From: Anaerolineae bacterium
Lineage (GTDB): Bacteria; Chloroflexota; Anaerolineae; B4-G1; SLSP01
DNA length: 64,000 bases
NCBI GenBank assembly: GCA_049975205.1
Contig: JBNGDL010000007.1
Span: 36,952 to 100,951 of the forward strand
Direction of reading: 5' to 3'
The notes beneath the pieces are model-generated. The model saw nothing but the letters and a program-made list of their open reading frames with translations. It was not told the origin of the DNA and searched no databases. Made by a program: the position numbers and the translations under genes. The stretch's first letter is position 1; the number at the start of each line of letters is the position of its first letter. This document shows positions 35,931-43,535 of the stretch, in pieces.

Positions 35931-37913
35931 ATGCGCATACGGCGTGTGCTGTCGACCTTCATCTGTCTCGCATCCCTGCTGTCGGCGATGCCGACGGCAG
36001 CACAGGAGGGCGTGCCCGAGCCTCCGGTCGTGGACATCCTTGGGACGCCGGATACCCGCTCCCAGCCCCCAAACGCTCATCTCTATGTGTCCGTCGTAGA
36101 CCGGCTCACAGGCCGTGCGTTTCTCGATCTGGAGCCAGCGAATTTCGCGGCCCAGGTCTCTGAGGTAGACGTTGAGACCGCAGTCGAGATAGACACGACC
36201 GGACTGGCTGTGGTCATGGTGATCGACCGTGGCGGGATAGCCCAGCGGGGTGATCCCAGGATCGGTCGGAGCGTTGACCTTGCATCCGCGTTGCTCGAGA
36301 TGCTGACGGTGGACGGGACTGCCACGGCGGATATGGTGGCGCTCATCGGCATCCGCGGCGAGGAACAAGGCGGACTCACGCCAGTCATCAACTTCACAGA
36401 CTACGATCCGAACGTAATCAGCAACGCCTTTGATGGGCTGCGTACAGAGGTTGTGAACGAAACGACGCCCCTTTATGACGGGCTCGACAGAGCGATAGCG
36501 TGGATCACCGATAACCCCGATCCTCAGATACGCGAGAAACTGGTACATCGACGGCGGATCATCCTGGTCTTCTCCGACGGGATAGATCGGGACTTCAGTG
36601 ACGAGTCCCACGAGACTCTGATCGTCAATCAAGCTGCGGAGAACGATATCCTCATCTATGCTGTCCAAATGAGTGACCGGGGTCGGACGGGTGATTCCAT
36701 AAGCCTAAGTGCCATGGCCACACAGACTCAGGGAGCGCTGTTCGTGCACAGTCCGGAGAGTCACGAGGAGGTCCTCGCCCGTCTGCAGGATATCACGACC
36801 CAACGGGAGGCCTACCGCCTGACCTTTCCTCTGATCCGGCCTCAAGGCCTGTACCAGGTGGAGATTCAGGTGCTTGATACGCCAGGTGGGTCAGCTTCGG
36901 ATGCTGAGAGCATCACGTCTCACCTGGAGAGGCCAGGTATCGCGTGGGTCGCACCTCCGGAGCTTCAGATTGTCGTGCCCTATTCCGAGACAGCGCTGGG
37001 GTTCCTGCCCACATCGATCCCGTTGAGCGTCCAGATGAGTTTCAAGGATGGCGCTTCGCGAGAGCCGGAGCAGGTCTCGTACTTCGCGAACGAGCAGCGC
37101 ATTGGTCTTACAAGTGCCGGTCCGGACTACGCTTTTGAATGGGACGTCGCGGATCTCGAGACGCCGGCGACCGAGCCGGTCACGCGAACCTTCACCCTGA
37201 TTGCTCGCGCGACCGATCCCTATCTCGAGGAGCCTATTGCGACGGAGCCGCTGGACATCCAGATTACGTGGGAGCAGAAAGAGGAGACGCTGAAGACGGT
37301 CACAGAGGATGTCGCCAGCAGCGTGGCGCTGAACTGGTGGGTCCTCCCACTCTTCGGCGTGCTGGCAGTGGGTATTGTCGTGCTCGCCGTGCTGCTGATT
37401 CGGACCCGAGGTCAGGTGGCGAAGCAGGTCGTGAAGGGTACCACGGCTGTCGTGAGAGGGGTCACACAACGGTTAGGCGCTGGCGGTGGGTTGCCCGCTG
37501 CACGGGGGAAGCTTGTCGTGACGCGAGGACCTCGCACGGGGACTGAGTTCCGTCTGGCAACGAGCTTGGTGCGGGTCGGGCGAGATCCTGAGTACAGCGA
37601 CTTCGCACTGCACGACCAATACGTGTCCAACCCTCACTTCTCCGTGATCGAGGAGGGAGGGCAGTTCTATATCCGGGATGAGGAGAGTACCAACCAGACC
37701 CGTCTTAATGGCGCAGTCGTCCCTGCGAATCAGCGGATCGTTCTGCCCCCGGATGCCGTCATCGATGCAGGCCAGACGCGTCTCCAGTTTCGTCGGTTGG
37801 GTGGCGAGACGCGGCTCATCAGCGCTCGCGCACAGAAGACGGAGCGAGGCAGCTCGGGGCAAGACGAGGCCAATGCGCCAACGCAGCGAGCAGGCCCAGG
37901 TTTCCGCCCGTAG
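35931..37913 (+). CDS. Secreted vWA-like domain - TM - cytoplasmic FHA domain protein
   Basis: ATG at 35931 has GGAGG 8 nt upstream; the ORF opens at 35916. Signal peptide MRIRRVLSTFICLASLLSAMPTAAQ. vWA-like strands VVMVIDRGGIA (MIDAS DxSxS not conserved) and IILVFSDGIDRDF. TM is WWVLPLFGVLAVGIVVLAVLLI. FHA is LVRVGRDPEYSDFALHDQYVSNPHFSV...ESTNQTRLNG. Confidence 0.75.
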   Translation: MRIRRVLSTFICLASLLSAMPTAAQEGVPEPPVVDILGTPDTRSQPPNAHLYVSVVDRLTGRAFLDLEPANFAAQVSEVDVETAVEIDTTGLAVVMVIDRGGIAQRGDPRIGRSVDLASALLEMLTVDGTATADMVALIGIRGEEQGGLTPVINFTDYDPNVISNAFDGLRTEVVNETTPLYDGLDRAIAWITDNPDPQIREKLVHRRRIILVFSDGIDRDFSDESHETLIVNQAAENDILIYAVQMSDRGRTGDSISLSAMATQTQGALFVHSPESHEEVLARLQDITTQREAYRLTFPLIRPQGLYQVEIQVLDTPGGSASDAESITSHLERPGIAWVAPPELQIVVPYSETALGFLPTSIPLSVQMSFKDGASREPEQVSYFANEQRIGLTSAGPDYAFEWDVADLETPATEPVTRTFTLIARATDPYLEEPIATEPLDIQITWEQKEETLKTVTEDVASSVALNWWVLPLFGVLAVGIVVLAVLLIRTRGQVAKQVVKGTTAVVRGVTQRLGAGGGLPAARGKLVVTRGPRTGTEFRLATSLVRVGRDPEYSDFALHDQYVSNPHFSVIEEGGQFYIRDEESTNQTRLNGAVVPANQRIVLPPDAVIDAGQTRLQFRRLGGETRLISARAQKTERGSSGQDEANAPTQRAGPGFRP

Positions 37914-38006
37914 TAGCGAGGATGCCGTAGCCCTGTCGGCGTTGACAAGGATCGCGCCATTTAGGTGTGAAAGGGATCTGCGGTTGAATTCAGAGGAGTT
38001 GATTCT

Positions 38007-38939
38007 ATGCCAATCTGTCCGAATTGTGGAGCACAACAGCCGGAGGGAGCTACCTTCTGCGACGAGTGTGGCGCGGCTTTAAGACGCCCCGCGGTCTCCT
38101 ATCCTGCGCCCTCGTCCAAAGACCAGGGTCGAACCGTTGTAGGCTCCAGCATGGCCGCAGGGCCGCGCCTCTGCCCGGTCTGTGGTGCGCGTAACGCTTC
38201 ACAAGACCCTTTCTGCACGAACTGCGGGGCCTCGCTCAGCGAGGAGCCCGCTCCCGCCCAGCGCGGACCCTGTGCGATGGATGGGGTGACGGTCATAGCA
38301 CCCGCTGGGGCAGGGGGGCGACCGGAGAAGCTCGGTCCTACTCCCGGTGCGGGTTCTGTTCAGGGTGGTTTGGTCTGTGGTCAGTGCGGTGCGTTGCTGG
38401 AGCCCGACAGTGCCTTCTGTGATATGTGTGGGGCGCCGGTGAGTCGTGTGTCGCCGCCCTCCGGTGACGAGACCGCGCTGTCGTCCCCTCCCGCCTCGGA
38501 TCAGGCTCCAGTCTACGAACCGACCGTCGCATCACAGGAGCGGGGATGGCAGGCGTCGGCGGGAGGAGCGCTGCAAGCGCCAACGCCCTCCGACGACGCG
38601 CTACGCCCGAAGCCTCAGGGTGCGCTGGTGGTGCGCGGGAGCAACGTCACGCTCGATCTTGTGTCAGGGACGCTGGTATGGGTGATCGGTCGCGAGGATC
38701 CACTGAGTGGTATCTTCCCGGACATCGATCTTACAGACCACGGGGGGGACGAGGGTGGTGTCTCCCGCAAGCACGCACGGATTCAGGTACAGGGCCAGCG
38801 GTTCTACGTCGAGGACCTGAATAGCACGAACCATACTTACCTGAACCGCGAACTGCTGACGCCGGGATACACCTATCCGCTCCGGGATGGCGATGAGTTG
38901 TGCTTTGGACGCGTGAAAGTGATCTTCAGGTCTTCCTAG
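38007..38939 (+). CDS. Triple zinc-ribbon - FHA domain protein
   Basis: 310 aa, GAGGAG RBS. CPNCGAQQPEGATFCDECG, CPVCGARNASQDPFCTNCG and CGQCGALLEPDSAFCDMCG. C-terminal FHA is VWVIGRED...GGVSRKHARIQV...DLNSTNHTYLN. Confidence 0.8.
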   Translation: MPICPNCGAQQPEGATFCDECGAALRRPAVSYPAPSSKDQGRTVVGSSMAAGPRLCPVCGARNASQDPFCTNCGASLSEEPAPAQRGPCAMDGVTVIAPAGAGGRPEKLGPTPGAGSVQGGLVCGQCGALLEPDSAFCDMCGAPVSRVSPPSGDETALSSPPASDQAPVYEPTVASQERGWQASAGGALQAPTPSDDALRPKPQGALVVRGSNVTLDLVSGTLVWVIGREDPLSGIFPDIDLTDHGGDEGGVSRKHARIQVQGQRFYVEDLNSTNHTYLNRELLTPGYTYPLRDGDELCFGRVKVIFRSS

Positions 38940-40028
38940 ATGTTCAGACTCAGGTCGATGGAGAGCTACGTAGCACACGTCTCCCGTGAGATGGATGACG
39001 CCCTTCGCCGGGCGCGGTCCGGCGGCGCAGGGGGCGCGAGAGCCCGCTTTGACATAGCCACAGACCGGATGATCATCTTCGGAGACCTTCATCGTGGCGC
39101 CCGGAATGCAGCGGATGACTTCCGCCAGAATGAACGTGCGTACTGCGCTGCCCTTGCGTACTACTTCAGAATGGGACATCGCCTCGTCGTGCTAGGTGAT
39201 GCTGAGGAGCTGTGGGAGGAGTCGCCTGCGACCATTCTCAGCGAGTACCGGCACACGCTGGAGCTAGAAGCTCAGTTCCACCGCGACGGCCGTTACTGCC
39301 GCGTGTGGGGCAACCACGACGATGAATGGCAGTATGAGCCACGCGTCCGTCTGCTGCTCGATCCAATCTATGGCGGTCGGCCACTGAATATCTACGAGGC
39401 GCTGTTCGTAGATGTCGAGGACGACGGCAACCGGTTAGGCTCCCTGTTTCTGGTCCACGGACACCAGGGCGATACGAAGAGCAGCCAGTGGTCCTGGCTC
39501 TCGCGGCGCGTCATCCGGTATCTTTGGCGCCCCTTCCAGCGCTTCACTGGCGCCTCCGTGAACACGCCAGCAACGAGCTGGGATCTCCGGGATAGGCTGA
39601 ACCAAGCGATGTATGCCTGGTCTGTGAAGGAGAAGAGTTTACTGCTGGTTGCTTCCCATACGCACGAGCCAGTTTTCAAGTCCCGTTCGCACGAGGCACA
39701 GATCAAAGAGCACCTTGCGGCGCTTGAGGCTGAGGCTGGAAAGGTTCCAAGTCGTGAACAGCGAGAGGAGATGGCCCGCCTGCAGGCCCGGCTAGAGTGG
39801 GTCAGGATGAAGACACAGGAGTCCGGGGGGCAAAGAAACGGCATCCACTTCCAGCTGCCGTGCTACTTCAACCCGGGTTGTTGCTGCTATGACGATGGCG
39901 ATATCACGGGGATCGAACTCGCAGAGGGTCAGATTCGCCTGATCCGTTGGCCCGATGAAGACAATGAGCCCTGTCCTCATATCCTCGCTGCGGATTCCCT
40001 GAGGGAGGTCTTTAGGGACTGCTCCTGA
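38940..40028 (+). CDS. Calcineurin-like metallophosphoesterase (possible PPP-type protein phosphatase)
   Basis: 362 aa. Motifs IIFGDLHRG, VVLGDAEELWE, WGNHDDEW, LVHGHQGD, ASHTHEP. The ATG directly abuts the TAG of the upstream FHA gene (TAGATG). Confidence 0.7.
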   Translation: MFRLRSMESYVAHVSREMDDALRRARSGGAGGARARFDIATDRMIIFGDLHRGARNAADDFRQNERAYCAALAYYFRMGHRLVVLGDAEELWEESPATILSEYRHTLELEAQFHRDGRYCRVWGNHDDEWQYEPRVRLLLDPIYGGRPLNIYEALFVDVEDDGNRLGSLFLVHGHQGDTKSSQWSWLSRRVIRYLWRPFQRFTGASVNTPATSWDLRDRLNQAMYAWSVKEKSLLLVASHTHEPVFKSRSHEAQIKEHLAALEAEAGKVPSREQREEMARLQARLEWVRMKTQESGGQRNGIHFQLPCYFNPGCCCYDDGDITGIELAEGQIRLIRWPDEDNEPCPHILAADSLREVFRDCS

Positions 40029-40109
40029 TGACGATCAGACACCTTGGGTCCCCCGTCTGGTGATCGCATCCGTTTTAGGGTAGCTGATTGATTGGCAGAG
40101 GTAGCAGAA

Positions 40110-40130
40110 AGCCCGGCGAGAAGCCGGGCT
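40110..40130 (-). terminator. Rho-independent terminator downstream of tRNA-Glu; may also stop the plus-strand cluster
   Basis: 8-bp stem AGCCCGGC/GCCGGGCT with a 5-nt loop. On the minus strand it is followed by TTTCTGC. It lies 7 nt beyond the tRNA 3' end. Confidence 0.5.
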
Positions 40131-40137
40131 TGATCGT

Positions 40138-40215
40138 TGGTGCCCCCAACGGGATTCGAACCCATGTACCAGGCTTGAAAGGCCTGTGTCCTAGACCAGG
40201 CTAGACGATGGGGGC
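40138..40215 (-). tRNA. tRNA-Glu (anticodon UUC), CCA encoded
   Basis: Reverse complement GCCCCCATCGTCTAGCCTGGTCTAGGACACAGGCCTTTCAAGCCTGGTACATGGGTTCGAATCCCGTTGGGGGCACCA. It folds with a 7-bp acceptor stem, a D-arm typical of tRNA-Glu, anticodon loop CUUUCAA (UUC), T-loop TTCGAAT and a 3' CCA. Confidence 0.9.
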
Positions 40216-40229
40216 CAGTCACTGTGGCT

Positions 40230-40257
40230 ATCGTAACACAAAGCACGCCCCTGTCAA
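40230..40257 (-). promoter_or_regulatory. sigma70-type promoter for tRNA-Glu
   Basis: Minus strand: TTGACA (40257-40252), 16 bp, TACGAT (40235-40230). The -10 ends about 14 nt before the mature tRNA 5' end. Confidence 0.55.
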
Positions 40258-40280
40258 GCAGCCTTGAGTTGCGGATTTGG

Positions 40281-40308
40281 TTGACACGCGATTCGAGTAT
40301 GTTACCAT
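40281..40308 (+). promoter_or_regulatory. sigma70-type promoter for RNase J
   Basis: TTGACA (40281-40286), 16 bp, TACCAT (40303-40308). Back to back with the tRNA promoter. Leader of about 180 nt before the ATG at 40498. Confidence 0.5.
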
Positions 40309-40497
40309 GCCGTGGTACTCGTTGAGGTGTGCATTTTTAATTGAATGTGGATTACTCCGCGGCCCGGGTGGTGTGAAGACCGGGCTGAGCGCTCTCAAGG
40401 ACTCTGTATCTCCCCGCCTGTATGGTCAGGTGCGGTTGTCCTGGTAAGAATCAACAGGGGCGCGGCGGACACTACGGTCATTATTGAAGGTGAGTCT

Positions 40498-42147
40498 ATG
40501 GAACGTTTGCAGATCGTTCCCCTGGGTGGACTAGGGGAAGTCGGTAAGAATATGATGGCCTTGGAATATGGGCGCAACATCCTCATCATCGACGTGGGTA
40601 TGATGTTTCCGGAGTCCGATATGCCCGGTGTGGACTACATCATCCCGGACTATCGGTATCTTCGGGGGAAGGCGGACCGGATTCGAGGTGTCGTGATCAC
40701 CCACGGTCATGAGGATCACATCGGAGCGCTGCCGCATTTTCTTCAGGAGTTCAATGCGCCCGTCTACGCGACCAAGCTGACCCGAGGCTTGATCGAGGTG
40801 AAGCTCCGCCGGGATCTCCAAAAACAGGTCAAGCTGCAGACGATGCAGCCTGGTGATGTGCTGCACATAGGGCCCTTTCGAGTCGAGCCTTACCACGTTT
40901 GCCACAGCATCCCGGATACTGTCGGACTGGGCATCACGACGCCGGTGGGCTTGGTTGTCCACAGCGGAGACTTCAAGTTCGACAATACGCCGGTCGACGG
41001 CTGGCCGACGGACATCGCCAAGCTGGCGGAGTTCAGCCAGCGCGGGGTGCTTGTGCTTCTGGCAGACAGCACCAACGCCGACCATCCAGGTCGGACGCTG
41101 TCGGAGCAGTCACTGAACACGACCTTGGCCGATGTGTTCCGCCCCGCCAAAGGACGCGTGATTGTTGCGACGTTTGCCTCACTGATCTCGCGCATTCAGC
41201 AGGTCATGGAGGTTGCCCAGAGCTTTGGTCGGAAGGTGGCGGTTGCAGGCACCAGCATGGCCAAGAATGTGCGAATGGCCAAACAGCTGGGCTATCTGGA
41301 TGTGCCGGACGATCTGATCCTCCCGCTTCAGGAGATCAACCGCCTTCCGCCTCATCAGGTGACCATCATCGCCACAGGTGCTCAGGGCGAGCCGCGCTCG
41401 ATCATGGGCCGCTTAGCCACGGGACGTCACTCATCACTCCGCATTATCCCTGGCGACACGGTGGTGCTGTCATCGCACACGATTCCGGGCAATGAAGAGA
41501 CCGTTCATCGCGTGATCAACCGGCTCTTCCAGAAGGGTGCGCACGTGGTCTACCATCCTGTTGCCCCGGTTCACGTCTCGGGGCATGCAAGCCAGGAGGA
41601 GCAGAAGTTTCTGATCAGCGTCCTGCGTCCGAAGTTCTTCGTTCCGATTCACGGAGAGCTGCGACATCTCAATCTCCACGCCTCGTTGGCTCGAGAGGTA
41701 GGTGTGCCGAAGGAGAACATCGCCGTCGTCGAAAATGGCTACATTCTACGCTTCTCCGAAGACGAGATGGAGATTGGGGAACGGGTGCCCGGGGGTTATG
41801 TCTTCGTCGATGGCACGTGGGTAGGCGACGCGATCAGCCAAGATCTGATCCGTCGTCGTGAAGAGCTGGCGGAGACAGGTGTCTGCTCGGTGGCCTTTGT
41901 CTACGACGAGGCGACCGGTCGGATCGTGGGCGAACCGACGATAACCGGTCGGGCGATTGCGAGCAATGATGTTATGGAGAGGCTGATTCCGGATCTCGTT
42001 GAAGTGCTGGATTCGGCGATGCGCGGGATCAGCCAGAACACGCCTGCATCAACGGTCGAGCAGATGGTTGAGAGAGCCATCTCGGACTTTTTCTACCGCC
42101 ATGCGAGAAACCGCCCTGAGGTGATCGTTCAGGCTATCGCGGTGTAA
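40498..42147 (+). CDS. rnj: Ribonuclease J (metallo-beta-lactamase / beta-CASP)
   Basis: ATG at 40498 (MERLQIVPLGGLGEVGKNMMALEYG) after GAAGGTGAG. VITHGHEDHIGALPH motif. The length and C-terminal domain fit RNase J. The ORF extension back to 40345 is non-homologous. Confidence 0.9.
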   Translation: MERLQIVPLGGLGEVGKNMMALEYGRNILIIDVGMMFPESDMPGVDYIIPDYRYLRGKADRIRGVVITHGHEDHIGALPHFLQEFNAPVYATKLTRGLIEVKLRRDLQKQVKLQTMQPGDVLHIGPFRVEPYHVCHSIPDTVGLGITTPVGLVVHSGDFKFDNTPVDGWPTDIAKLAEFSQRGVLVLLADSTNADHPGRTLSEQSLNTTLADVFRPAKGRVIVATFASLISRIQQVMEVAQSFGRKVAVAGTSMAKNVRMAKQLGYLDVPDDLILPLQEINRLPPHQVTIIATGAQGEPRSIMGRLATGRHSSLRIIPGDTVVLSSHTIPGNEETVHRVINRLFQKGAHVVYHPVAPVHVSGHASQEEQKFLISVLRPKFFVPIHGELRHLNLHASLAREVGVPKENIAVVENGYILRFSEDEMEIGERVPGGYVFVDGTWVGDAISQDLIRRREELAETGVCSVAFVYDEATGRIVGEPTITGRAIASNDVMERLIPDLVEVLDSAMRGISQNTPASTVEQMVERAISDFFYRHARNRPEVIVQAIAV

Positions 42148-42221
42148 TGGCATCTTGCATCAGGCAGCTGGGCATCGGGTTCCAGGGTCGAGCTGACCGT
42201 GTACCACCACAATAATACACA

Positions 42222-43397
42222 ATGGTTCACATCCTCGTTGCCTACAAGCAGTTTCCCGCCTCCTCCGTAGGCCACGCTGGGGGCGAGTCGCTCTACGCTC
42301 TGATGCGCGAACTCCGCGCCCGCGGACATCAGCTGTCCCTGGTGGCCCGGATCGCGGATGATGAGCTCGACCACCTCGATGAGGTTTGTGCCCTTTGCGA
42401 GCACGTTTACACGGTTCCCCATCATAGGACGCAACCAGGTCCCCGCCTACTGGCATTTGTGCGGAGCTATCTTGCCCTGCGGGGCGCGATCCGGCGCGCG
42501 ATACGGGAGACGAAGCCGGACTTTCTCCACGTTGAGACGACGCAGACGGCGATTGCAGCGCTCGGGCTGAGACGCCCTCCCGCCTCCTACCGCACCCAAG
42601 ATGTGAACTGGCATCTGTTGGAGCAGCGCGCCGCCCGTCTCTCCGGTCTGCGGCGCCTGATCGTCCAGGGGATGGGCCGTATCCTGAGGCGGTTGGAGCC
42701 CTGGATCTGCCGTCAGTACGATCTGATGTTGGCGATTTCCGAGGGAGATCGGCGCTTGCTTGCGCCGGCGTGCGGGGGTCATCGGATACTGATCGTGCCT
42801 CTGGCCCCCGCAGTCACTTCTGACTCCTCTGGCTCTCCGGCTGTCGATGGGGAGGCCAACGTCCTTTTTGTGGGCGCTATGTCGCGGGACCACAACGTGG
42901 ACGGCGTCACGTGGTTTCTGGATCGTGTCTGGGATCGCATCTCTGAAACAGTGCCCAATGCCCGCTTCTACGTCGTGGGTGGGAGCCCGCCGGACTCGCT
43001 GGTTGCCCGCGCTGACGGGAAACGCGTGGTCGTGACAGGGTACGTGGACGATCTCAGCTCGTGGTACCGTGCGGCAGCCGTCTTCGTGTCGCCGCTGTTG
43101 GTCGCGGGTGGGCTGCTGCAGAAGGTGTTGGATGCAATGGCCCTGGGGGTTCCGGTTGTGGCAACACCCGTCTCAAATCACGGGGCCTCGGCGGTGCCTG
43201 ACGAGCATCTGCTACTTGCGGATGAGCCGGCGGCCTTCGCTGATGCGGTGGTGCGTCTGCTGAGGGACCCCGCGCTAAGGGCCCGTCTTGGTGCTGCGGC
43301 ACGTCAGTTCGTGTCCCGGCACTACGACCTCGGGCCAGCGATGGACCGGTGGGAGACCGAAGTCCACGCCTTGGTCGGGGGCGGTCGCGCCGACTGA
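42222..43397 (+). CDS. Glycosyltransferase family 4 (GT-B, GT1 superfamily)
   Basis: 391 aa. C-terminal GGLLQKVLDAMALGVPVVATP block and overall GT-B organisation. Confidence 0.75.
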   Translation: MVHILVAYKQFPASSVGHAGGESLYALMRELRARGHQLSLVARIADDELDHLDEVCALCEHVYTVPHHRTQPGPRLLAFVRSYLALRGAIRRAIRETKPDFLHVETTQTAIAALGLRRPPASYRTQDVNWHLLEQRAARLSGLRRLIVQGMGRILRRLEPWICRQYDLMLAISEGDRRLLAPACGGHRILIVPLAPAVTSDSSGSPAVDGEANVLFVGAMSRDHNVDGVTWFLDRVWDRISETVPNARFYVVGGSPPDSLVARADGKRVVVTGYVDDLSSWYRAAAVFVSPLLVAGGLLQKVLDAMALGVPVVATPVSNHGASAVPDEHLLLADEPAAFADAVVRLLRDPALRARLGAAARQFVSRHYDLGPAMDRWETEVHALVGGGRAD

Positions 43398-43488
43398 GGC
43401 GCGCCGGTAAGTCGCGTGCCTCGCAGCGCCGAGGTTCAAGGCCCGGACGCCGGCGAAGGGGTGCGGGTCTGTCTGGTTTGAGTCTGCG

Positions 43489-43497
43489 TGGTATAAT
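43489..43497 (+). promoter_or_regulatory. Extended -10 element upstream of the first LCP gene
   Basis: TGGTATAAT (TGn plus a perfect TATAAT at 43492-43497), 38 nt upstream of the ATG at 43536. No clear -35. Confidence 0.35.
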
Positions 43498-43535
43498 GAC
43501 GCCCGAGTTGGTATCCTGAGTCTCGTTATTGAACT

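Noticed and set aside
37942-37971. TTGACA at 37942-37947 upstream of the ZnR-FHA gene, considered as an internal promoter.
   Set aside because: No acceptable -10 hexamer occurs at 16-18 bp spacing (GTGTGA/TGTGAA). The gene is probably co-transcribed with the upstream vWA-FHA gene.
40029-40345. The tRNA-Glu locus examined as a possible integration hotspot (genomic island or prophage boundary).
   Set aside because: There is no integrase, no direct repeat of the tRNA 3' end and no compositional break that I could see. The flanking genes are chromosomal housekeeping or signalling genes.
40345-40497. N-terminal 51-aa extension of the RNase J ORF as given in the track.
   Set aside because: The extension has no RNase J similarity and overlaps the predicted promoter-proximal leader. 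The ATG at 40498 has an RBS and begins the conserved MERLQIVPLGG sequence.
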